The notes under the pieces were generated by a model that was given only the letters and a program-made list of their open reading frames with translations, was not told the origin of the DNA and did not search any database. DNA of 64,000 bases, taken from Mobula hypostoma. Lineage: Eukaryota. The position numbers and the translations under genes are program-made. Positions 51,194-64,000 of this stretch are shown one piece after another. How positions within the stretch are numbered: position 1 is the first letter of the stretch; every line of letters starts with the position of its first letter. The DNA lies in the NCBI RefSeq assembly GCF_963921235.1, contig NC_086097.1:1488001-1552000 (forward strand). Reading direction: 5' to 3'.

Positions 51194-54100
51194 CAGCATC
51201 GACATACCGTCTGTGTGAGTGTCGATGTACAATCTGGGTGAGTGTTGTCCACGTACAGTCTGTATGAGTGTTGAAGTACAGTCAGTGTGAGCATCGATAC
51301 ACAGTCTCTGAGAGTCGATGTACAGTTTTTGTGTGTCGATGTGCAGTCTGTGTGAGTGTTCTCGACGTACAGTCTGTGTGAGTATCGTCGATGTACAGTC
51401 TGTGTGAGTGTTCTCGATGTACAGTCTGTGTGAGTGTTCTCGACGTACAGTCTGTGTGAGTATCGTCGATGTACAGTCTGTGTGAGTGTTCTCGATGTAC
51501 AGTCTGTGTGAGTGTTCTCGACGTACAGTCTGTGTGAGTGTCCTCGATGTACAGTCTGTGTGAGTGTTCTCGATGTACAGTCTGTGTGAGTGTCATCGAT
51601 GTACAGTCTGTGTGATATTTCTTGCTGTACAGTCTGAGTGTCATTGACGTACAGTCTGTGCGAGTGTTCTCGACGTACAGTCTGTGTGAGTGTTCTCGAC
51701 GTACAGTCTGTGTGAGTGTCATCGATGTACTGTCTGTGTGTGTCGTCGATGTACAGTCTAAGTGAGTGTCATCGACGTACAGTCTGTGTGACATTTCTTG
51801 CTGTACTGTCTGTGTGAGTGTCATCTACGTACAGTCTGTGAGTGTCATCAACGTACAGTCTGCGTGAGTGTCATCAACGTACAGTCTGTGTGTGTGTTCT
51901 CGACGTACAGTCTGAGTATTCTCAACGTACAATCTGTGTGAGTGTCATTGACGTACTATTTGTGCAAGTGTTCTCAACGTACAGTCTGTGTGAGTGTCAT
52001 CGATGTACAGTCTGTGCGAGTGTTCTCGACGTACAGTCTGTGTGAGTGTGATTGTCGTACTGTCTGTGTGAGTGTCATTGACATATAGTCTGTGTGAGTG
52101 TCATCGACGTACAGTCTGTGTGAGTGTCATCGACGTACAGTCTGTGCGAGTGTTCTCGACGTACAGTCTGTGTAAGTATTCTTGACATACAGTATGTATG
52201 AGTGTTCTCGACATACAGTCTATGTGAATATCATCGACGTACTGTCAGTGCGAGTGTTCTCGACATACAGTCTGTGTAAGTATTCTTGACATACAGTATG
52301 TATGAGTGTTCTCGACGTACAGTCTGTGTGAGTGTCATTGATGTACAGTCTGTGTAAGTATTCTTGACATACAGTATGTATGAGTGTTCTCGATGTAGTC
52401 TGTATGAGTGTCATTGACGTACTGTCTGTGCGAGTGTTCTCAACGTACAGTCTGTGTGAGTGTGATCGACGTACTGTCTGTGTGAGTGTGATCGACGTAC
52501 TGTCTGTGTGAGTGTCATTGACGTACAGTCTGTGTGAGTGTCATCGACGTACAGTCTGTGCGAGTGTGATCGACGTACAGTCTGTGTAAGTATTCTTGAC
52601 ATACAGTATGTATGAGTGTTCTCGACATACAGTCTATGTGAATATCATCGACGTACTGTCTGTGTGAGTGTTCTCGACGTACAGTCTGTGTGAGTGTCAT
52701 CGACGTACAGTCTGTGTAAGTATTCTTGACATACAGTATGTATGAGTGTTCTCGATGTACAGTCTGTGTGAGTGTCATCGATGTACAGTCTGTGCGAGTG
52801 TTCTCAACGTACAGTCTGTGTGAGTGTGATCGACGTACTGTCTGTGTGAGTGTGATTGACGTACAGTCTGTGTGAGTGTCATCGATGTACAGTCTGTGCG
52901 AGTGTTCTCAACGTACAGTCTGTGTGAGTGTCATCGATGTACAGTCTGTGCGAGTGTTCTCGACGTACAGTCTGTGTGAGTGTGATCGACGTACTGTCTG
53001 TGTGAGTGTCATTGACGTACAGTCTGTGTGAGTGTCATCGACGTACTGTCAGTGCGAGTGTTCTCGACGTACAGTCTGTATAAGTATTCTTGACATACAG
53101 TATGTATGAGTGTTCTCGACGTACATTCTGTGTGAGTGTCATTGACGTACAGTCTGTGTGAATATCATCGACGTACAGTTGTGCGAGTGTTCTCGACGTA
53201 CAGTCTGTGTCAGTATTCTTGACATACAGTATGTATGAGTGTTCTCGACGTACAGTCTGTGTGAGTGTCATTGACGTACTGTCTGTGCGAGTGTTCTCGA
53301 CGTACAGTCTGTGTGAGTGTGATCGACGTACTGTCTGTGTGAGTGTGATTGACGTACAGTCTGTGTGAGTGTTCTCAATGTACTGTCTGTGTGAGTGTCA
53401 TTGACGTACAGTCTGTGTGTGTGTTCTCAACGTACAGTCAGTGTGAGTGTTCTCGACGTACTGTCTGTGTGAGTGTCATCGATGTACAATCTGTGCGAGT
53501 GTTCTCGACGTACAGTCTGTGTGAGTGTGATCAACGTACTGTCTGTGTGAGTGTCATCGATGTACAGTCTGTGTTAGTGTTCTCGATGTACTGTCTGTGT
53601 GAGTGTCATTGACGTACAGTCTGTGTGAGTGTCATTGACGTACAGTCTGTGCGAGTGTTCTCGACGTACAGTCTGTGTAAGTATTCTTGACATACAGTAT
53701 GTATGACTGTTCTCGACATACAGTCTGTGTGAATATCATCAACGTACAGTCTGTGTGAGTGTTCTCGATGTACAGTCTGTGTGAGTGTCATCGATGTACA
53801 GTCTGTGTGAGTGTTCTCGACGTACAGTCTGTGTGAGTGTTCTCAACGTACAGTCTGTGTGAGTGTTCTCGATGTACAGTCTGTGTGAGTGTTCTCGACG
53901 TACAGTCTGTGTGAGTGTCCTTGATGTACAGTCTGTGTTAGTGTTCTCGATGTACAGTCTGTGTGAGTGTCATCGACGTACAGTCTGTGTGAGTGTTATC
54001 GACGTACAGTCTGTGTGAGTGTGATCGACGTACTGTCTGTGTGAGTGTCATTGACGTACAGTCTGTGTGAGTGTCATCGACGTACTGTCAGTGCGAGTGT

Positions 54101-57100
54101 TCTCGACGTACAGTCTGTGTAAGTATTCTTGACATACAGTATGTATGAGTGTTCTCGACGTACATTCTGTGTGAGTGTCATTGACGTACAGTCTGTGTGA
54201 ATATCATCGACGTACAGTTGTGCGAGTGTTCTCGACGTACAGTCTGTGTCAGTATTCTTGACATACAGTATGTATGAGTGTTCTCGACGTACAGTCTGTG
54301 TGAGTGTCATTGACGTACTGTCTGTGCGAGTGTTCTCGACGTACAGTCTGTGTGAGTGTGATCGACGTACTGTCTGTGTGAGTGTGATTGACGTACAGTC
54401 TGTGTGAGTGTTCTCAATGTACTGTCTGTGTGAGTGTCATTGACGTACAGTCTGTGTGTGTGTTCTCAACGTACAGTCAGTGTGAGTGTTCTCGACGTAC
54501 TGTCTGTGTGAGTGTCATCGATGTACAATCTGGTGCGAGTGTTCTCGACGTACAGTCTGTGTGAGTGTGATCAACGTACTGTCTGTGTGAGTGTCATCGA
54601 TGTACAGTCTGTGTTAGTGTTCTCGATGTACTGTCTGTGTGAGTGTCATTGACGTACAGTCTGTGTGAGTGTCATTGACGTACAGTCTGTGCGAGTGTTC
54701 TCGACGTACAGTCTGTGTAAGTATTCTTGACATACAGTATGTATGACTGTTCTCGACATAAAGTCTGTGTGAATATCATCAACGTACAGTCTGTGTGAGT
54801 GTTCTCGATGTACAGTCTGTGTGAGTGTCATCGATGTACAGTCTGTGTGAGTGTTCTCGACGTACAGTCTGTGTGAGTGTTCTCAACGTACAGTCTGTGT
54901 GAGTGTTCTCGATGTACAGTCTGTGTGAGTGTTCTCGACGTACAGTCTGTGTGAGTGTCCTTGATGTACAGTCTGTGTTAGTGTTCTCGATGTACAGTCT
55001 GTGTGAGTGTCATCGACATACAGTCTGTGTGAGTGTTATCGACGTACAGTCTGTGTGAGTATCGTCGATGTACAGTCTGTGTGAGTGTTCTCGATGTACA
55101 GTCTGTGTGAGTGTTCTCGATGTACAGTCTGTGTGAGTGTCCTTGATGTACAGTCTATGTGAGTGTTCTCGATGTACAGTCAGTGTGAGTGTTCTCGACG
55201 TACTGTCTGTGTGAGTGTCATCGATGTACAGTCTGTGTAAGTATTCTTGACATACAGTATGTATGAGTGTTCTCGACGTACATTCTGTGTGAGTGTCATT
55301 GACGTACTGTCTGTGTGAGTGTTCTCGATGTACAGTCTGTGTGAGTGTTCTCGACGTACTGTCTGTGTGTGTTCTCGATGTACAGTCTGTGTGAGTGTTT
55401 TCGATGTACAGTCTATGTGAGTGTTCTCGATGTACACTCTGTGTGAGTGTTCTCGATGTACAGTCTGTGTGAGTGTTCTCGACGTACAGTCTGTGTGAGT
55501 GTCCTTGATGTACAGTCTGTGTGAGTGTTCTCGATGTACAGTCTGTGTGAGTGTCATCAACGTACAGTCTGTGTGAGTGTTCTCGACGTACAGTCTGTGT
55601 GAGTATCGTCGATGTACAGTCTGTGTGAGTGTTCTCGACGTACAGTCTGTGCGAGTATCGTCGATGTACAGTCTGTGTGAGTGTTCTCGATGTACAGTCT
55701 GTGTGAGTGTCATCGACGTACAGTCTGTGTGAGTGTTATCGACGTACAGTCTGTGTGAGTGTCATCGACGTACAGTCTGTGTGAGTGTTATCGACGTACA
55801 GTCTGTGTGAGTATCGTCGATGTACAGTCTGTGTGAGTGTTCTCGATGTACAGTCTGTGTGAGTGTTCTCGATGTACAGTCTGTGTGAGTGTCCTTGATG
55901 TACAGTCTATGTGAGTGTTCTCGATGTACAGTCAGTGTGAGTGTTCTCGACGTACTGTCTGTGTGAGTGTCATCGATGTACAGTCTGTGTAAGTATTCTT
56001 GACATACAGTATGTATGAGTGTTCTCGACGTACATTCTGTGTGAGTGTCATTGACGTACTGTCTGTGTGAGTGTTCTCGATGTACAGTCTGTGTGAGTGT
56101 TTTCGACGTACAGTCTATGTGAGTGTTCTCGATGTACACTCTGTGTGAGTGTTCTCGATGTACAGTCTGTGTGAGTGTTCTCGATGTACAGTCTGTGTGA
56201 GTGTCATCGACGTACAGTCTGTGTGAGTGTTCTCGATGTACAGTCTGTGTGAGTGTTCTCGATGTACAGTCTGTGTGAGTGTTTTCGACGTACAGTCTAT
56301 GTGAGTGTTCTCGATGTACACTCTGTGTGAGTGTTCTCGATGTACAGTCTGTGTGAGTGTTCTCGATGTACAGTCTGTGTGAGTGTCATCGACGTACAGT
56401 CTGTGTGAGTGTTCTCGATGTACAGTCTGTGTGAGTGTTCTCGATGTACAGTCTGTGTGAGTGTCATCAACGTACAGTCTGTGTGAGTGTTCTCGACGTA
56501 CAGTCTGTGTGAGTATCGTCGATGTACAGTCTGTGTGAGTGTTCTCGACGTACAGTCTGTGCGAGTATCGTCGATGTACAGTCTGTGTGAGTGTTCTTGA
56601 CGTACAGTCTGTGTGAGTATCGTCGATGTACTGTCTGTGTGAGTGTTCTCGATGTACAGTCTGTGTGAGTGTTCTCGATGTACAGTCTGTGTGAGTGTTC
56701 TCGACGTACTGTCTGTGTGAGTGTTCTCAACGTACAGTCTGTGTGAGTGTTTTCGACGTACAGTCTATGTGAGTGTTCTCGATGTACAGTCTGTGTGAGT
56801 GTTCTCGATGTACAGTCTATGTGACTGTCATCGACGTACTGTCTGTGTGGGTGTCATTGACATACTGTCTGTGCGAGTGTTCTCGACGTACAGTCTGTGT
56901 GAGTGTCGTCGATGTACAGTCTGTGTGAGTGTTCTCGATGTACAGTCTGTGTGAGTGTTCTCGATGTACAGTCTATGTGACTGTCATCGACGTACTGTCT
57001 GTGTGGGTGTCATTGACATACTGTCTGTGCGAGTGTTCTCGACGTACAGTCTGTGTGAGTGTCGTCGATGTACAGTCTGTGTGAGTATCGTCGATGTGCA

Positions 57101-60100
57101 GTCTATGTGAGTGTCATCGACGTACAGTCTGTGTGAGTGTTCTCGATGTACAGTCTGTGTGAGTGTTCTCGATATACAGTCTGTGTGAGTATCGTCGATG
57201 TGCAGTCTCTGTGAGTGTCCTTGACGTACAGTCTGTGTGAGTGTCGTCGATGTACAGTCTGTGTGAGTATCGTCGATGTGCAGTCTGTGTGAGTGTCCTT
57301 GACGTACAGTCTGTGTGAGTGTCCTATTTGTACAGTGTGTGTGAGTGTTCTCGATGGACAGTCTGTGTGAGTGTTCTCGATGTACAGTCTATGTGACTGT
57401 CATCGACGTACTGTCTGTGTGGGTGTCATTGACGTACTGTCTGTGTGATATTTCTTGCTGTACAGTCTGAGTGTCATTGACGTACAGTCTGTGCGAGTGT
57501 TCTCGACGTACAGTCTGTGTGAGTGTCATCGATGTACTGTCTGTGTGTGTCGTCGATGTACAGTCTATGTGAGTGTCATCGACGTACAGTCTGTGTGACA
57601 TTTCTTGCTGTACTGTCTGTGTGAGTGTCATCTACGTACAGTCTGTGAGTGTCATCAACGTACAGTCTGCGTGAGTGTCATCAACGTACAGTCTGTGTGT
57701 GTGTTCTCGACGTACAGTCTGAGTATTCTCGACGTACAATCTGTGTGAGTGTCATCGACGTACTGTCTGTGCGAGTGTTCTCGACGTACAGTCTGTGTGA
57801 GTGTGATCGATGTACTGTCTGTGTGAGTGTCATTGACATATAGTCTGTGTGAGTGTCATCGATGTACAGTCTGTGCGAGTGTTCTCGACGTACAGTCTGT
57901 GTAAGTATTCTTGACATACAGTATGTATGAGTGTTCTCGACATACAGTCTATGTGAATATCATCGAGGTACTGTCAGTGCGAGTGTTCTCGACATACAGT
58001 CTGTGTAAGTATTCTTGACATACAGTATGTATGAGTGTTCTCGACGTACAGTCTGTGTGAGTGTCATTGATGTACAGTCTGTTGGAGTGTTCTCGACGTA
58101 CAGTCTGTGTGAGTGTCATCGATGTACAGTCTGTGTGAGTGTTCTCGACGTACTGTCTGTGTGAGTGTTCTCGACGTACAGTCTGTGTGAGTGTCATCGA
58201 TGTACAGTCTGTGTGAGTGTGATCGACGTACTGTCTGTGTGAGTGTGATCGACGTACTGTCTGTGTGAGTGTCATTGACATATAGTCTGTGTGAGTGTCA
58301 TCGACGTACAGTCTGTGCGAGTGTTCTCGACATACAGTCTATTTGAATATCATCGACGTACTGTCAGTGCGAGTGTTCTCGACGTACAGTCTGTGTGAGT
58401 GTCATCGACGTACAGTCTGTGTAAGTATTCTTGACATACAGTATGTATGAGTGTTCTCGACGTACTGTCTGTGTGAGTGTTCTCAACGTACAGTCTGTGT
58501 GAGTGTTTTCGACGTACAGTCTATGTGAGTGTTCTCGATGGACAGTCTGTGTGAGTGTTCTTGATGTACAGTCTATGTGACTGTCATCGACGTACTGTCT
58601 GTGTGGGTGTCATCGATGTACAGTCTGTGTGATATTTCTTGCTGTACAGTCTGAGTGTCATTGACGTACAGTCTGTGCGAGTGTTCTCGACGTACAGTCT
58701 GTGTGAGTGTCATCGATGTACTGTCTGTGTGTGTCGTCGATGTACAGTCTATGTGAGTGTCATTGACGTACAGTCTGTGTGACATTTCTTGCTGTACTGT
58801 CTGTGTGAGTGTCATCTACGTACAGTCTGTGAGTGTCATCAACGTACAGTCTGCGTGAGTGTCATCAACGTACAGTCTGTGAGTGTCATCAACGTACAGT
58901 CTGCGTGAGTGTCATCAACGTACAGTCTGTGTGTGTGTCATTGACGTACTGTTTGTGCAAGTGTTCTCAACGTACAGTTTGTGTGAGTGTCATCGATGTA
59001 CAGTCTGTGCGAGTGTTCTCGACGTACAGTCTGAGTATTCTCGACGTACAATCTGTGTGAGTGTCATCGACGTACTGTCTGTGCGAGTGTTCTCGACGTA
59101 CAGTCTGTGTGAGTGTGATCGATGTACTGTCTGTGTGAGTGTCATTGACATATAGTCTGTGTGAGTGTCATCGATGTACAGTCTGTGCGAATGTTCTCGA
59201 CGTACAGTCTGTGTAAGTATTCTTGACATACAGTATGTATGAGTGTTCTCGACATACAGTCTATGTGAATATCATCGACGTACAGTCTGTGTGAGTGTTC
59301 TCGATGTACAGTCTGTGTGAGTGTTCTCGATATACAGTCTGTGTGAGTATTGTCGATGTACAGTCTGTGTGAGTGTTCTCGACGTATAGTCTGTGTGAGT
59401 GTCATCGATGTACAGTCTGTGTGAGTATCGTCGATGTGCAGTCTGTGTGAGTGTCCTTGACGTACAGTCTGTGTGAGTGTCATCGATGTACAGTCTGTGT
59501 GAGTGTTCTTGATGTACAGTCTGTGTGAGTGTCATCGATGTGCAGTCTGTGTGAGTGTCCTTGACGTACAGTCTGTGTGAGTATCGTCGATGTGCAGTCT
59601 GTGTGAGTGTCCTTGACGTACAGTCTGTGTGAGTATCGTCGATGTGCAGTCTGTGTGAGTGTCCTTGATGTACTGTCTGTGCGAGTGTTCTCGACGTACA
59701 ATCTGTGTGAGTGTCATCGACGTACAGTCTGTGCGAGTGTTCTCGACGTACAGTCTGTGTGAGTGTGATCGATGTACTGTCTGTGTGAGTGTCATTGACA
59801 TATAGTCTGTGTGAGTGTCATCGATGTACAGTCTGTGCGAATGTTCTCGACGTACAGTCTGTGTAAGTATTCTTGACATACAGTATGTATGAGTGTTCTC
59901 GACATACAGTCTATGTGAATATCATCGACGTACAGTCTGTGTGAGTGTTCTCGATGTACAGTCTGTGTGAGTGTTCTCGATATACAGTCTGTGTGAGTAT
60001 TGTCGATGTACAGTCTGTGTGAGTGTTCTCGACGTATAGTCTGTGTGAGTGTCATCGATGTACAGTCTGTGTGAGTATTCTCGATGTACAGTCTGTGTGA

Positions 60101-62838
60101 GTGTTCTCGATGTACAGTCTGTGTGAGTGTCATTGACGTACAGTCTGTGTGAGTGTCATCGACGTACTGTCAGTGCGAGTGTTCTCGACGTATAGTCTGT
60201 GTGAGTGTCATCGATGTACAGTCTGTGTGAGTATCGTCGATGTGCAGTCTGTGTGAGTGTCCTTGACGTACAGTCTGTGTGAGTGTCATCGATGTACAGT
60301 CTGTGTGAGTGTTCTTGATGTACAGTCTGTGTGAGTATCGTCGATGTGCAGTCTGTGTGAGTGTCCTTGACGTACAGTCTGTGTGAGTGTCCTTGATGTA
60401 CAGTCTGTGTGAGTGTTCTCGATGTACAGTCTGTGTGAGTGTCATCGACGTACAGTCTGTGTGAGTGTTCTCGACATATAGTCTGTGTGAGTGTTCTCGA
60501 TGTACAGTCTGTGTGAGTGTCATTGACGTACAGTCTGTGTGAGTGTTCTCGACGCACAGTCTGTGTGAGTGTTCTCGACGTACTGTCTGTGTGAGTTTTC
60601 TCGATGTACAGTCTGTGTAAGTATTCTTGACATACAGTATGTATGAGTGTTCTCGACATACAGTCTATGTGAATATCATCGATGTACTGTCAGTGCGAGT
60701 GTTCTCGACGTACAGTCTGTGTAAGTATTCTTGACATACAGTATGTATGAGTGTTCTCGACATACAGTCTGTGTGAGTGTCATCGATGTACAGTCTGTGT
60801 GTCATCGATGTACAGTCTGTGTGAGTGTCATCGACGTACAGTCTGTGTAAGTATTCTTGACATACAGTATGTATGAGTGTTCTCGACGTACTGTCTGTGT
60901 GAGTGTTCTCAACGTACAGTCTGTGTGAGTGTTTTCGACGTACAGTCTATGTGAGTGTTCTCGATGGACAGTCTGTGTGAGTGTTCTCGATGTACAGTCT
61001 ATGTGACTGTCATCGACGTACTGTCTGTGTGGGTGTCATCGATGTACAGTCTGTGTGATATTTCTTGCCGTACAGTCTGAGTGTCATTGACGTACAGTCT
61101 GTGCGAGTGTTCTCGACGTACAGTCTGTGTGAGTGTCATCGATGTACTGTCTGTGTGTGTCGTCGATGTACAGTCTATGTGAGTGTCATTGACGTACAGT
61201 CTGTGTGACATTTCTTGCTGTACTGTCTGTGTGAGTGTCATCTACGTACAGTCTGTGAGTGTCATCAACATACAGTCTGCGTGAGTGTCATCAACGTACA
61301 GTCTGTGTGTGTGTTCTCGACGTACAGTCTGAGTATTCTCGACGTACAATCTGTGTGAGTGTCATTGACGTACTGTTTGTGCAAGTGTTCTCAACGTACA
61401 GTCTGTGTGAGTGTCATCGACGTACAGTCTGTGCGAGTGTTCTCGACGTACAGTCTGTGTGAGTGTGATCGATGTACTGTCTGTGTGAGTGTCATTGACA
61501 TATAGTCTGTGTGAGTGTCATCGATGTACAGTCTGTGCGAATGTTCTCGACGTACAATCTGTGTAAGTATTCTTGACATACAGTATGTATGAGTGTTCTC
61601 GACATACAGTCTATGTGAATATCATCGACGTACAGTCTGTGTGAGTGTTCTCGATATACAGTCTGTGTGAGTGTGATCGACGTACTGTCTGTGTGAGTGT
61701 CATTGACATATAGTCTGTGTGAGTGTCATCGACGTACAGTCTGTGCGAGTGTTCTCGACGTACAGTCTGTGTAAGTATTCTTGACATACAGTATGTATGA
61801 GTGTTCTCGACATACAGTCTATGTGAATATCATCGACGTACAGTCTGTGTGAGTGTTCTCGATGTACAGTCTGTGTGAGTGTTCTCGATGTACAGTCTGT
61901 GTGAGTATTGTCGATGTGCAGTCTGTGTGAGTGTTCTCGACGTATAGTCTGTGTGAGTGTCATCGATGTACAGTCTGTGTGAGTGTCCTTGACGTACAGT
62001 CTGTGTGAGTGTTCTCGATGTACAGTCTGTGTGAGTGTTCTCGATATACAGTCTGTGTGAGTATTGTCGATGTACAGTCTGTGTGAGTGTTCTCGACGTA
62101 TAGTCTGTGTGAGTGTCATCGATGTACAGTCTGTGTGAGTGTCCTTGACGTACAGTCTGTGTGAGTGTTCTCGACATACAGTCTGTGTGAGTGTTCTCGA
62201 CGTACTGTCTGTGTGAGTGTCCTTGATGTACAGTCTGTGTGAGTGTTCTCGATGTACAGTCTGTGTGAGTGTCATCGACGTACTGTCTGTGTGTGTGTCA
62301 TTGACGTACAGTCTGTGTGAGTGTTCTCGACGTACAGTCTGTGTGAGTGTTCTCGACGTACAGTCTGTGTGAGTATCATCGACGTACAGTCTGTGTGAGT
62401 GTTCTCGACGTACAGTCTGTGTGAGTGTTCTCGATGTACAGTCTGTGTGAGTGTTCTCGATATACAGTCTGTGTGAGTATTGTCGATGTACAGTCTGTGT
62501 GAGTGTTCTCGACGTATAGTCTGTGTGAGTGTCATCGATGTACAGTCTGTGTGAGTATCGTCGATGTGCAGTCTGTGTGAGTGTCCTTGACGTACAGTCT
62601 GTGTGAGTGTCCTTGATATACAGTCTGTGTGAGTGTTCTCGATGTACAGTCTGTGTGAGTGTCATCGACGTACAGTCTGTGTGAGTGTTCTCGACATACA
62701 GTCTGTGTGAGTGTTCTTGATGTACAGTCTGTGTGAGTGTGATCGACGTACAGTCTGTGTGAGTGTTCTCGACGTACTGTCTGTGTGAGTGTCCTTGACG
62801 TACAGTCTGTGTGAGTGTCCTTGACGTACAGTCTGTTT
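51194..62838. repeat. 26-bp satellite array, ~11.6 kb (roughly 450 units), consensus GTACAGTCTGTGTGAGTGT(TC/CA)TCGA(C/T)
   Basis: Continuous 26-nt periodicity; the 26-aa ORF repeat corresponds to 3 units. Confidence 0.98.
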
Positions 62839-62924
62839 GGAGCCTTTTATTTTCCTTTTATATTTTATCTCTATTAATTACATAGTTCCAGGAAGATCTA
62901 TAAAGTGTAATCATTTAATCGCAT

Positions 62925-64000
62925 ATAGTCATTATCATACTTTATTGATCCCGGGGGAAATTGGTTTTCGTTACAATTGCACCATAAGTAATTAAATAGT
63001 AATATAACCATAAATAGTTAAATAGTAATAAGTAAATTATGCCAGGAAATATGTCCAGGACCAGCCTATTGGCTCAGGGTGTCTGACCCTCCAAGGGAGG
63101 AGTGGTAAAGTTTGATGACCACAGGCAGGAATGACTTCCTATGACTCTCTGTGTTGCATCTCGGTGAGATGAGTCTCTGGCTGAATGTACTCCTGTGCCC
63201 ACCCAGTCCATTATGTAGTGGATGGGAGACATTGTCCAAGATGGCATGCAACTTGGACAGCATCCTCTTTTCAGACACCACCGTCAGAGAGTCCAGTTCC
63301 ATCCCCACAACATCACTGGCCTTACGAATGAGTTTGTTCATTCTGTTGGTGTCTGCCACCCTCAGCCTGCTGCCCCAGCACACAACAGCAAACATGATCG
63401 CACTGGCCACCACAGACTCGTAGAACATCCTCAACATCGTCCGGCAGATGTTAAAGGACCTCAGTCTCCTCAGGAAATAGAGACAGCTCTGACCCTTCTT
63501 GTAGACAGCCTCAGTGTTCTTTGACCAGTCCAGTTTATTGTCAATTCGTATCCCCAGGTATTTGTAATCCTCCACCATATCCACACTGACCCCCTGGATG
63601 GAAACAGGGGTCACCGGTACCTTAGCTCTCCTCAGGTCTACCACCAGCTCCTTAGTCTTTTTCACATTAAGCTGCAGATAATTCTGCTCACACCATGTGA
63701 CAAAGTTTCCTACCGTAGCCCTGTACTCAACTTCATCTCCCTTGCTGATGCATCCAACTATGGCAGAGTCATCCGAAAACTTCTGAAGATGACAAGACTC
63801 TGTGCAGTAATTGAAGTCCGAGGTGTAAATGGTGAAGAGAAAGGGAGACAAGACAGTCCTCTGTGGAGCCCCAGTGCTGCTGATCACTCTGTCGGACACA
63901 CAGTGTTGCAAGCACACGTACTGTGGTCTGCCAGTCAGGTAATCAAGAATCCATGACACCAGGGAAGTATCCACCTGCATCGCTGTCAGCTTCTCCCCCA
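62925..64000 (-). mobile_element. Rex1/Babar LINE, RT C-terminal half in an open frame plus 3' UTR; continues beyond the window
   Basis: ORF 63066..63980 with GAPQRTVLSPFLF, KFSDDSAIVG, KTKELVVD, LYFLRRLRSF; AATAAA tail near 62942. Confidence 0.93.

Noticed and set aside
51194..62838. CRISPR-like array, or His/Thr-rich proteins from the many ORFs
   Set aside because: There are no unique spacers or cas genes; the ORFs arise from a stop-poor 26-bp repeat read through all three frames

Overview
Eukaryotic, repeat-saturated vertebrate DNA with no confidently identifiable host gene. The repeat mix suggests a cartilaginous fish (inference). Nearly the whole window consists of nested retroelements: many CR1-clade LINE copies (esterase ORF1, APE+RT ORF2), Rex1/Babar LINE pieces and Penelope-like remnants ending in minimal hammerhead-ribozyme motifs. 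It also holds a decayed Tc1 element and one complete but decayed Gmr1-type Gypsy LTR element (33805-43973, minus strand, tRNA-Pro PBS, PR-INT-RT-RH order). Tandem repeats include a 36-bp minisatellite and an ~11.6-kb 26-bp satellite (51194-62838) with higher-order duplications. The most interesting signal is at the CR1 ORF1/ORF2 junction: all five copies carry an in-frame U_UUA_AAC slippery heptamer directly before the ORF1 stop. In the four junctions checked, ORF2 opens in the -1 frame, and three intact copies have no AUG before the endonuclease domain, suggesting programmed -1 ribosomal frameshifting. Boundaries of decayed elements are approximate and were set by eye.
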